This document shows positions 52,101 to 64,000 of a stretch of 64,000 nt of DNA, one piece after another; the stretch's first letter is position 1; each line of letters opens with the position of its first letter. The notes under the pieces were generated by a model. It searched no databases. It was not told the DNA's origin and saw only the letters and a program-made list of their open reading frames with translations. The DNA is from Eledone cirrhosa (lineage: Eukaryota): the NCBI GenBank assembly GCA_964016885.1, contig OZ024741.1, positions 405,418,001 through 405,482,000 of the forward strand, read 5' to 3'. The translations under genes were made by a program, and so were the position numbers.

Positions 52101-55100
52101 AACTGATGCAGGTTGTTTGTTCCATGGAGGTTTTAAACGATGCAGTATCTCGACAGCTAATAACTGATGTAGGTAGTTTGTTACATTGAGGTTTTAAACG
52201 ATGCAGTATCTCGACAGCTAACAACTGATGCAGGTAGTTTGTTCCATGGGGGTTTTAAAGGATGCAGTGTCTCGACAGCTAACAACATATGCAGGTAGTT
52301 TGTTCCATGGTGGTTTTAAAGGATGCAGTGTCTCGAGAGGCAACAACTGATGCAGGTAGTTTGTTCCATGGAGGTTTTAAAGGATGCAATGTCTCGACAG
52401 CTAACAACTGAAGCAGGTAGTTTGTTCCATGGGGGTTTTAAAGGATGCAGTGTCTCGACAGCTAACAACTGATGCAGGTAGTTTGTTCCATGGAGGTTTT
52501 AAAGGATGCAGCGTCTCGACAGCTAACAACTGATGCAGGTAGTTTTTTCCATGGAGGTTTTAAAGGATGAAGTGTCACGACAGCTAACAACTGATGCAGG
52601 TATTTTGTTCCATGGAGGTTTTAAAGGATGCAGTGTCTCGACAGCTAACAACTGATGCAGGTAGTTTGTTCCATGGGGTTTTTAAAGGATGGAGTGTCAC
52701 GCCAGCTAACAACTGATGCAGGTAGTTTGTTCCACGGAGGTTTTAAAGGATGCAGTGTCTCGACAGCTAACAACTGATGCAGGTAGTTTGTTCCATGGGA
52801 GTTTTAAAGGATGCAGTGTCTCGACAGCTAACACATGATGCAGGTAGTTTGTTCCATGGAGGTTTTAAAGGATGCAGTGTCTCGACAGCTAACAACTGAT
52901 GCAGGTAGTTTGTTCCATGGAGGTTTTAAAGGATGCAGTGTCTCAACAGCTAACAACTGATGCAGGTAGTTGGTTTCAGGGAGGTTCTTAAGGATGCAGC
53001 GTCTCGACAGCTAACAACTGATGCAGGTAGTTTGTTCCATGGAGGTTTTAAATGATGCAGTGTCTCGACAGCTAACAACTGATGCAGGTAGTTTGTTCCA
53101 TCGAAGTTTTAATGGATGCAGTGTCTCGACAGCTAACAACTGATGCAAGTAGTTTGTCCCATGGAGGTTTTAAATGATGCAGTGTCTCGACAGCTAACAA
53201 CTGATGCAGGTAGTTTGTTACATGGAGGTTTTAAATGATGCAGTGTCTCGACAGCTAACAACTGATGCAGGTAGTTTGTTCCATGGAGGTTTTAAATGAT
53301 GCAGTGTCTCAACAGCTAACAACTGATGCAGGTAGTTTGTTCCATGGAGTTTTTAAAGGATGCAGTGTCTCGACAGCTAACAACTGATGCAGGTAGTTTG
53401 TTCCATGGAGCTTTTAAAGGATGCCGTGTTTCGACAGCTAACAACTGATGCAGGTAGTTGGTTCCAGAGAGGTTTTAAAGGATGCAGGGTCTCGACAGCT
53501 AACAACTGATGCAGGTAGTTTGTTCCATGGAGGTTTTAAATGATGCAGTGTCTCGACAGCTAACAACTGATGCAGGTAGTATGTTCCATCGAAGTTGAAA
53601 AGGATGCTGTGTCTCGACAGCTAACAACTGATGCAAGTAGTTTGTCCCATGGAGGTTTTAAATGATGCAGTGTCTCGACAGCTAACAACTGATGCAGGTA
53701 GTTTGTTCCATGGAGGTTTTAAAGGATGCAGTGTCTCGACATCTAACAACTGATGCAGGTAGTTTGTTCCATGGAGGTTTTAAAGGATGCACTGTCACGC
53801 CAGCTAACAACTGATGCAGGTAGTTTGTTCCATGGAGGTTTTAAACGATGCAGTATCTCGACAGCTAACATCTGATGCAGGTAGTTTGTTACATTGAGGT
53901 TTTAAACGATGCAGTATCTCGACAGCTTAAAACTGATGCAAGTAGTTTGTCCCATGGAGGTTTTAAATGATGCAGTGTCTCGACAGCTAACAACTGATGC
54001 AGGTAGTTTGTTCCATGGAGGTTTTAAAGGATGCAGTGTCTCGACATCTAACAACTGATGCAGGTAGTTTGTTCCATGGAGGTTTTAATGGATGGAGTGT
54101 CACGCCAGCTAACAACTGATGCAGGTAGTTTGTTCCACGGAGGTTTTAAAGGATGCAGTGTCTCGACAGCTAACAACTGATGCAGGTAGTTTGTTCCATG
54201 GAGGTTTTAAAGGATGCAGTGTCTCGATATCTAACAACTGATGCAGGTAGTTTGTTCCATGGAGGTTTTAAAGGATGCAGTGTCACGCCAGCTAACAACT
54301 GATGCAGGTAGTTTGTTCCATGGAGGTTTTAAACGATGCAGTATCTCGACAGCTAATAACTGATGCAGGTAGTTTGTTACATTGAGGTTTTAAACGATGC
54401 ATTATCTCGACAGCTAACAACTGATGCAGGTAGTTTGTTCCATGGTGGTTTTAAAGGATGCAGTGTCTCGACAGCTAACAACTGATGCAGGTAGTTTGTT
54501 CCATGGAGGTTTGAAAGGATGCAGTCTCTCGACAGCTAGCAACTGATGCAGGTAGTTTGTTCCATGGAGGTTTTAAAGGATGCAGTGTCTCGACAGCTAA
54601 CAACGAATGCAGGTAGTTTGTTCCATGGAGGTTTTAAACGATGCAGTATCTCGACAGCTAACAACTGATGCAGGTAGCGTGTTCCATGGTGGTTTTAAAG
54701 GATGCAGTGTCTCGACAGCTAACAACTGATGCAGGTAATTTGTTCCATGGAGGTTTTAAAGGATGCAGTGTCTCGACAGCTAACAACTGATGCAGGTAGT
54801 TTTTTCCATGGAGGTTTTAAAGGATGCAGTGTCACGCCAGCTAACAACTGATGCAGGTATTTTGTTCCATGGAGGTTTTAAAGGATGCAGTGTCTCGACA
54901 GCTAACAACTGATGCAGGTAGTTTGTTCCATGGGGTTTTTAATGGATGGAGCGTCACGCCAGCTAACAACTGATGCCGGTAGTTTGTTCCATGGAGGTTT
55001 TAATCGATGCCGTGTTTCGACAGCTAACAACTGATGCAGGTAGTTGGTTTCAGGAAGGTTCTAAAGGATGCAGCGTCTCGACAGCTAACAACTGATGCAG

Positions 55101-58100
55101 GTAGTTTGTTCCATGGAGGTTTTAAATGATGCAGTGTCTCGACAACTAACAACTGATGCAGGTAGTTTGTTCCATCGAAGTTTTAAAGGATGCAGTGTCT
55201 CGACAGCTAACAACTGATGCAAGTAGTTTGTCCCATGGAGGTTTTAAATGATGCAGTGTCTCGACAGCTAACAACTGATGCAGGTAGTTTGTTCCATGGA
55301 GGTTTTAAAGGATGCAGTGTCTCGACAGCTAACAACTGATGCAGGTAGTTTGTTCTATGGAGGTTTTAAAGGATGCACTGTCACGCCAGCTAACAACTGA
55401 TGCAGGTTGTTTGTTCCATGGAGGTTTTAAACGATGCAGTATCTCGACAGCTAATAACTGATGTAGGTAGTTTGTTACATTGAGGTTTTAAACGATGCAG
55501 TATCTCGACAGCTAACAACTGATGCAGGTAGTTTGTTCCATGGGGGTTTTAAAGGATGCAGTGTCTCGACAGCTAACAACATATGCAGGTAGTTTGTTCC
55601 ATGGTGGTTTTAAAGGATGCAGTGTCTCGAGAGGTAACAACTGATGCAGGTAGTTTGTTCCATGGAGGTTTTAAAGGATGCAATGTCTCGACAGCTAACA
55701 ACTGAAGCAGGTAGTTTGTTCCATGGGGGTTTTAAAGGATGCAGTGTCTCGACAGCTAACAACTGATGCAGGTAGTTTGTTCCATGGAGGTTTTAAAGGA
55801 TGCAGCGTCTCGACAGCTAACAACTGATGCAGGTAGTTTTTTCCATGGAGGTTTTAAAGGATGAAGTGTCACGACAGCTAACAACTGATGCAGGTATTTT
55901 GTTCCATGGAGGTTTTAAAGGATGCAGTGTCTCGACAGCTAACAACTGATGCAGGTAGTTTGTTCCATGGGGTTTTTAAAGGATGGAGTGTCACGCCAGC
56001 TAACAACTGATGCAGGTAGTTTGTTCCACGGAGGTTTTAAAGGATGCAGTGTCTCGACAGCTAACAACTGATGCAGGTAGTTTGTTCCATGGGGGTTTTA
56101 AAGGATGCAGTGTCTCGACAGCTAACACATGATGCAGGTAGTTTGTTCCATGGAGGTTTTAAAGGATGCAGTGTCTCGACAGCTAACAACTGATGCAGGT
56201 AGTTTGTTCCATGGAGGTTTTAAAGGATGCAGTGTCTCAACAGCTAACAACTGATGCAGGTAGTTGGTTTCAGGGAGGTTCTTAAGGATGCAGCGTCTCG
56301 ACAGCTAACAACTGATGCAGGTAGTTTGTTCCATGGAGGTTTTAAATGATGCAGTGTCTCGACAGCTAACAACTGATGCAGGTAGTTTGTTCCATCGAAG
56401 TTTTAAAGGATGCAGTGTCTCGACAGCTAACAACTGATGCAAGTAGTTTGTCCCATGGAGGTTTTAAATGATGCAGTGTCTCGACAGCTAACAACTGATG
56501 CAGGTAGTTTGTTACATGGAGGTTTTAAATGATGCAGTGTCTCGACAGCTAACAACTGATGCAGGTAGTTTGTTCCATGGAGGTTTTAAATGATGCAGTG
56601 TCTCAACAGCTAACAACTGATGCAGGTAGTTTGTTCCATGGAGTTTTTAAAGGATGCAGTGTCTCGACAGCTAACAACTGATGCAGGTAGTTTGTTCCAT
56701 GGAGCTTTTAAAGGATGCCGTGTTTCGACAGCTAACAACTGATGCAGGTAGTTGGTTCCAGAGAGGTTTTAAAGGATGCAGGGTCTCGACAGCTAACAAC
56801 TGATGCAGGTAGTTTGTTCCATGGAGGTTTTAAATGATGCAGTGTCTCGACAGCTAACAACTGATGCAGGTAGTTTGTTCCATCGAAGTTGAAAAGGATG
56901 CTGTGTCTCGACAGCTAACAACTGATGCATGTAGTTTGTCCCATGGAGGTTTTAAATGATGCAGTGTCTCGACAGCTAACAACTGATGCAGGTAGTTTGT
57001 TCCATGGAGGTTTTAAAGGATGCAGTGTCTCGACATCTAACAACTGATGCAGGTAGTTTGTTCCATGGAGGTTTTAAAGGATGCACTGTCACGCCAGCTA
57101 ACAACTGATGCAGGTAGTTTGTTCCATGGAGGTTTTAAACGATGCAGTATCTCGACAGCTAACATCTGATGCAGGTAGTTTGTTACATTGAGGTTTTAAA
57201 CGATGCAGTATCTCGACAGCTTAAAACTGATGCAGGTAGTTTGTTCCATGGTGGTTATAAAGGATGCAGTGTCTCGACAGCTAACAAACTGATGCAGGTA
57301 GTTTGTTCCATGGAGGTTTTAAACGATGCCGTGTTTCGACAGCGAACAACTGATGCAGGTAGTTGGTTTCAGGGAGGTTCTAAAGGATGCAGCGTCTCGA
57401 CAGCTAACAACGGATGCAGGTAGTTTGTTCCATGGAGGTTTTAAATGATGCAGTGTCTCGACAGCTAACAACTGATGCAGATAGTTTGTTCCATCGAAGT
57501 TTTAAAGGATGCAGTGTCTCGACAGCTAACAACTGATGCAGGTAGTTTGTTCCATGGAGGTTTTAAAGGATGCCGTGTTTCGACAGCAAACAACTGATGC
57601 AGGTAGTTGGTTTCAGGGAGGTTCTAAAGGATGCAGTGTCTCGACAGCTAACAACTGATGCAGGTAGTTTGTTCCATGGAGGTTTTAAAGGATGCAGTGT
57701 CTCGATAGCTAACAACTGATGCAGGTAGTTTGTTCCATGGAGGTTTTAAAGGATGCAGTGTCACGCCAGCTAACAACTGATGCAGGTATTTTGTTCCATG
57801 GAGGTTTTAAAGGATGCAGTGTCTCGACAGCTAACAACTGATGCAGGTAGTTTGTTCCATGGGGTTTTTAATGGATGGAGCGTCACGCCAGCTAACAACT
57901 GATGCCGGTAGTTTGTTCCATGGAGGTTTTAATCGATGCCGTGTTTCGACAGCTAACAACTGATGCAGGTAGTTGGTTTCAGGAAGGTTCTAAAGGATGC
58001 AGCGTCTCGACAGCTAACAACTGATGCAGGTAGTTTGTTCCATGGAGGTTTTAAATGATGCAGTGTCTCGACAACTAACAACTGATGCAGGTAGTTTGTT

Positions 58101-61100
58101 CCATCGAAGTTTTAAAGGATGCAGTGTCTCGACAGCTAACAACTGATGCAAGTAGTTTGTCCCATGGAGGTTTTAAATGATGCAGTGTCTCGACAGCTAA
58201 CAACTGATGCAGGTAGTTTGTTCCATGGAGGTTTTAAAGGATGCAGTGTCTCGACAGCTAACAACTGATGCAGGTAGTTTGTTCTATGGAGGTTTTAAAG
58301 GATGCACTGTCACGCCAGCTAACAACTGATGCAGGTTGTTTGTTCCATGGAGGTTTTAAACGATGCAGTATCTCGACAGCTAATAACTGATGTAGGTAGT
58401 TTGTTACATTGAGGTTTTAAACGATGCAGTATCTCGACAGCTAACAACTGATGCAGGTAGTTTGTTCCATGGGGGTTTTAAAGGATGCAGTGTCTCGACA
58501 GCTAACAACATATGCAGGTAGTTTGTTCCATGGTGGTTTTAAAGGATGCAGTGTCTCGAGAGGTAACAACTGATGCAGGTAGTTTGTTCCATGGAGGTTT
58601 TAAAGGATGCAATGTCTCGACAGCTAACAACTGAAGCAGGTAGTTTGTTCCATGGGGGTTTTAAAGGATGCAGTGTCTCGACAGCTAACAACTGATGCAG
58701 GTAGTTTTTTCCATGGAGGTTTTAAAGGATGAAGTGTCACGCCAGCTAACAACTGATGCAGGTATTTTGTTCCATGGAGGTTTTAAAGGATGCAGTGTCT
58801 CGATAGCTAACAACTGATGCAGGTAGTTTGTTCCATGGGGTTTTTAAAGGATGGAGTGTCACGCCAGCTAACAACTGATGCAGGTAGTTTGTTCCACGGA
58901 GGTTTTAAAGGATGCAGTGTCTCGACAGCTAACAACTGATGCAGGTAGTTTGTTCCATGGGGGTTTTAAAGGATGCAGTGTCTCGACAGCTAACACATGA
59001 TGCAGGTAGTTTGTTCCATGGAGGTTTTAAAGGATGCAGTGTCTCGACAGCTAACAACTGATGCAGGTAGTTTGTTCCATGGAGGTTTTAAAGGATGCAG
59101 TGTCTCAACAGCTAACAACTGATGCAGGTAGTTGGTTTCAGGGAGGTTCTTAAGGATGCAGCGTCTCGACAGCTAACAACTGATGCAGGTAGTTTGTTCC
59201 ATGGAGGTTTTAAATGATGCAGTGTCTCGACAGCTAACAACTGATGCAGGTAGTTTGTTCCATCGAAGTTTTAAAGGATGCAGTGTCTCGACAGCTAACA
59301 ACTGATGCAAGTAGTTTGTCCCATGGAGGTTTTAAATGATGCAGTGTCTCGACAGCTAACAACTGATGCAGGTAGTTTGTTACATGGAGGTTTTAAATGA
59401 TGCAGTGTCTCGACAGCTAACAACTGATGCAGGTAGTTTGTTCCATGGAGGTTTTAAATGATGCAGTGTCTCAACAGCTAACAACTGATGCAGGTAGTTT
59501 GTTCCATGGAGTTTTTAAAGGATGCAGTGTCTCGACAGCTAACAACTGATGCAGGTAGTTTGTTCCATGGAGCTTTTAAAGGATGCCGTGTTTCGACAGC
59601 TAACAACTGATGCAGGTAGTTGGTTCCAGAGAGGTTTTAAAGGATGCAGGGTCTCGACAGCTAACAACTGATGCAGGTAGTTTGTTCCATGGAGGTTTTA
59701 AATGATGCAGTGTCTCGACAGCTAACAACTGATGCAGGTAGTTTGTTCCATCGAAGTTGAAAAGGATGCTGTGTCTCGACAGCTAACAACTGATGCAAGT
59801 AGTTTGTCCCATGGAGGTTTTAAATGATGCAGTGTCTCGACAGCTAACAACTGATGCAGGTAGTTTGTTCCATGGAGGTTTTAAAGGATGCAGTGTCTCG
59901 ACATCTAACAACTGATGCAGGTAGTTTGTTCCATGGAGGTTTTAAAGGATGCACTGTCACGCCAGCTAACAACTGATGCAGGTAGTTTGTTCCATGGAGG
60001 TTTTAAACGATGCAGTATCTCGACAGCTAACATCTGATGCAGGTAGTTTGTTACATTGAGGTTTTAAACGATGCAGTATCTCGACAGCTTAAAACTGATG
60101 CAGGTAGTTTGTTCCATGGTGGTTATAAAGGATGCAGTGTCTCGACAGCTAAAAACTGATGCAGGTAGTTTGTTCCATGGAGGTTTTAAACGATGCCGTG
60201 TTTCGACAGCGAACAACTGATGCAGGTAGTTGGTTTCAGGGAGGTTCTAAAGGATGCAGCGTCTCGACAGCTAACAACGGATGCAGGTAGTTTGTTCCAT
60301 GGAGGTTTTAAATGATGCAGTGTCTCGACAGCTAACAACTGATGCAGGTAGTTTGTTCCATCGAAGTTTTAAAGGATGCAGTGTCTCGACAGCTAACAAC
60401 TGATGCAAGTAGTTTGTCCCATGGAGGTTTTAAATGATGCAGTGTCTCAACAGCTAACAACTGATGCAGGTAGTTTGTTCCATGGAGGTTTTAAAGGATG
60501 CAGTGTCTCGACAGCTAACAACTGATGCAGGTAGTTTGTTCCATGGAGGTTTTAAAGGATGCCGTGTTTCGACAGCAAACAACTGATGCAGGTAGTTGGT
60601 TTCAGGGAGGTTCTAAAGGATGCAGTGTCTCGACAGCTAACAACTGATGCAGGTAGTTTGTTCCATGGAGGTTTTAAAGGATGCAGTGTCTCGATAGCTA
60701 ACAACTGATGCAGGTAGTTTGTTCCATGGAGGTTTTAAAGGATGCAGTGTCACGCCAGCTAACAACTGATGCATGTAGTTTGTTCCATGGAGGTTTTAAA
60801 TGATGCAGTGTCTCGACAGCTAACAACTGATGCAGGTAGTTTGTTCCATCGAAGTTTTAAAGGATGCAGTGTCTCGACAGCTAACAACTGATGCAGGTAG
60901 TTTGTTCCATGGAGGTTTTAAATGATGCAGTGTCTCGACAGCTAACAACTGATGCAGGTAGTTTGTTCCATGGAGGTTTTAAAGGATGCAGTGTCTTGAC
61001 AGCTAACAACTGATGCAAGTAGTTTGTCCCATGGAGGTTTAAAATGATGCAGTGTCTCGACAGCTAACAACTGATGCAGGTAGTTTGTTCCATCGAAATT

Positions 61101-64000
61101 TTAAAGGATGCTGTGTCTCGACAGCTAACAACTGATGCAAGTAGTTTGTCCCATGGAGGTTTTAAATGATGCAGTGTCTCGACAGCTAACAACTGATGCA
61201 GGTAGTTTGTTCCATGGAGGTTTTAAAGGATGCAGTGTCTCGACATCTAACAACTGATGCAGGTAGTTTGTTCCATGGAGGTTTTAAAGGATGCAGTGTC
61301 ACGCCAGCTAACAACTGATGCAGGTAGTTTGTTCCATGGAGGTTTTAAACGATGCAGTATCTCGACAGCTAATAACTGATGCAGGTAGTTTGTTACATTG
61401 AGGTTTTAAACGATGCAGTATCTCGACAGCTAACAACTGATGCAGGTAGTTTGTTCCATGGAGGTTGTAAAGGATGCAGTGTCTCGACAGCTAACAACTG
61501 ATGCAGGTAGTTTGTTCCATGGAGGTTTTAAATGATGCAGTGTCTCGACAGCTAACAACTGATGCAGGTAGTTTGTTCCATGGAGGTTTTAAATGATGCA
61601 GTGTCTCCACAGCTAACAACTGATGCAGGTAGTTTGTTCCATGGAGTTTTTAAAGGAAGCAGTGTCTCGACAGCTAACAAATGATGCAGGTAGTTTGTTC
61701 CATGGAGTTTTTAAAGGATGCAGTGTTTCGACAGCTAACAACTGATGCAGGTAGTTGGTTCCAGAGAGGTTTTAAAGGATGCAGCGTCTCGACAGCTAAC
61801 AACTGATGCAGGTAGTTTGTTCCATGGAGGTTTTAAATGATGCAGTGTCTCGACAGGTAACAACTGATGCAGGTAGTTTGTTCCATCGAAGTTGAAAAGG
61901 ATGCTGTGTCTCGACAGCTAACAACTGATGCAAGTAGTTTGTCCCATGGAGGTTTTAAATGATGCAGTGTCTCGACAGCTAACAACTGATGCAGGTAGTT
62001 TGTTCCATGGAGGTTTTAAAGGATGCAGTGTCTCGACATCTAACAACTGATGCAGGTAGTTTGTTCCATGGAGGTTTTAAAGGATGCAGTGTCACGCCAG
62101 CTAACAACTGATGCAGGTAGTTTGTTCCATGGAGGTTTTAAACGATGCAGTATCTCGACAGCTAACATCTGATGCAGGTAGTTTGTTACATTGAGGTTTT
62201 AAACGATGCAGTATCTCGACAGCTTAAAGCTGATGCAGGTAGTTTGTTCCATGGTGGTTATAAAGGATGCAGTGTCTCGACAGCTAACAACTGATGCAGG
62301 TAGTTTGTTCCATGGAGGTTTTAAACGATGCCGTGTTTCGACAGCGAACAACTGATGCAGGTAGTTGGTTTCAGGGAGGTTCTAAAGGATGCAGCGTCTC
62401 GACAGCTAACAACGGATGCAGGTAGTTTGTTCCATGGAGGTTTTAAATGATGCAGTGTCTCGACAGCTAACAACTGATGCAGGTAGTTTGTTCCATCGAA
62501 GTTTTAAAGGATGCAGTGTCTCGACAGCTAACAACTGATGCAAGTAGTTTGTCCCATGGAGGTTTTAAATGATTTAGTGTCTCGACAGCTAACAACTGAT
62601 GCAGGTAGTTTGTTCCATGGAGGTTTTAAAGGATGCAGTGTCTCGACAGCTAACAACTGATGCAGGTAGTTGGTTTCAGGGAGGTTCTAAAGGATGCAGT
62701 GTCTCGACAGCTAACAACTGATGCAGGTAGTTTGTTCCATGGAGGTTTTAAAGGATGCAGTGTCTCGATAGCTAACAACTGATGGAGGTAGTTTGTTCCA
62801 TGGAGGTTTTAAAGGATGCAGTGTCACGCCAGCTAACAACTGATGCATGTAGTTTGTTCCATGGAGGTTTTAAATGATGCAGTGTCTCGACAGCTAACAA
62901 CTGATGCAGGTAGTTTGTTCCATCGAAGTTTTAAAGGATGCAGTGTCTCGACAGCTAACAACTGATGCAGGTAGTTTGTTCCATGGAGGTTTTAAATGAT
63001 GCAGTGTCTCGACAGCTAACAACTGATGCAGGTAGTTTGTTCCATGGAGGTTTTAAAGGATGCAGTGTCTTGACAGCTAACAACTGATGCAAGTAGTTTG
63101 TCCCATGGAGGTTTAAAATGATGCAGTGTCTCGACAGCTAACAACTGATGCAGGTAGTTTGTTCCATCGAAATTTTAAAGGATGCTGTGTCTCGACAGCT
63201 AACAACTGATGCAAGTTGTTTGTCCCATGGAGGTTTTAAATGATGCAGTGTCTCGACAGCTAACAACTGATGCAGGTAGTTTGTTCCATGGAGGTTTTAA
63301 AGGATGCAGTGTCTCGCCATCTAACAACTGATGCAGGTAGTTTGTTCCATGGAGGTTTTAAAGGATGCAGTGTCACGCCAGCTAACAACTGATGCAGGTA
63401 GTTTGTTCCATGGAGGTTTTAAACGATGCAGTATCTCGACAGCTAATAACTGATGCAGGTAGTTTGTTACATTGAGGTTTTAAACGATGCAGTATCTCGA
63501 CAGCTAACAACTGATGCAGGTAGTTTGTTCCATGGAGGTTTTAAAGGATGCAGTGTCTCGACAGCTAACAACGAATGCAGGTAGTCTGTTCCATGGAGGT
63601 TTTAAAGTATGCAGTGTCTCGAAAGCTAACAACTGATGCAGGTAGTTTGTTCCATGGAGGTTTTAAAGGATGCCGTGTTTCGACAGCTAACAACTGATGC
63701 AGGTAGTTGGTTCCAGGAAGGTTTTAAAGGATGCAGCGTCTCGACAGCTAACAACTGATGCAGGTAGTTTGTTCCATGGAGGTTTTAAATGATGCAGTGT
63801 CTCGACAGCTAACAACTGATGCAGGTAGTTTGTTCCATCGAAGTTTTAAAGGATGCTGTGTCTGGACAGCTAACAACTGATGCAAGTATTTTGTCCCATG
63901 GAGGTTTTAATTGATGCAGTGTCTCGACAGCTAACAACTGATGCAGGTAGTTTGTTCCATGGAGGTTTTAAAGGATGCAGTGTCACGCCAGCTAACAACT
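37061..64000. repeat. 61-bp tandem satellite array, about 440 monomers, LINE-ORF2-derived; consensus GTTTTAAAGGATGCAGTGTCTCGACAGCTAACAACTGATGCAGGTAGTTTGTTCCATGGAG; truncated by right window edge
   Basis: Unit counted directly (starts at 37061, 37122, 37183). Continuous to the window end with substitutions and rare 1-bp indels. Confidence 0.98.

Noticed and set aside
37210-57423. Short ORFs in the 61-bp array
   Set aside because: They cycle through three frames of a 61-nt unit and end at recurrent stops. They are informative only as evidence of LINE ancestry, not as genes.
1-64000. CRISPR-like interpretation of the regular arrays
   Set aside because: Monomers are head-to-tail with no unique spacers, there are no cas genes, and the context is eukaryotic.
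37061-64000. CAG|GTAGTT donor-like or recursive-splice motif in each 61-mer
   Set aside because: Weak match at +4/+5, no pyrimidine tract before the AG, and fully explained as the antisense of the LINE codons for KLPA.

Overview
Eukaryotic, repeat-dominated DNA with no supportable protein-coding gene. It is most likely from an octopus or other coleoid cephalopod; this is inferred from SINE/MITE families I recognise from memory, not from a search. About 60 kb is three unrelated satellite arrays: a 44-bp pyrimidine-rich satellite (1-30484, about 690 copies, open at the left edge), a 17-bp satellite (33091-36215, about 184 copies) and a 61-bp satellite (37061-64000, about 440 copies, open at the right edge). 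Between them are short islands of microsatellites, tRNA-derived SINEs, a decayed RTE-like LINE fragment, TTAA-flanked piggyBac-type MITEs and the 3' end of a CR1/L2-type LINE. The main observation is that two arrays grow directly out of the retroelements they abut. The 61-mer is the C-terminal coding segment of a LINE ORF2 (WNKLPASVVSCRDTASFK) still joined to its stop codon, 3' UTR, stem-loop and tail. The 17-mer continues in register from an internal motif of a SINE. A two-copy 44-bp duplication inside the MITE may be the earliest stage of the same process. All three arrays show higher-order block duplications. Nearly all ORFs in the supplied track are repeat artefacts.
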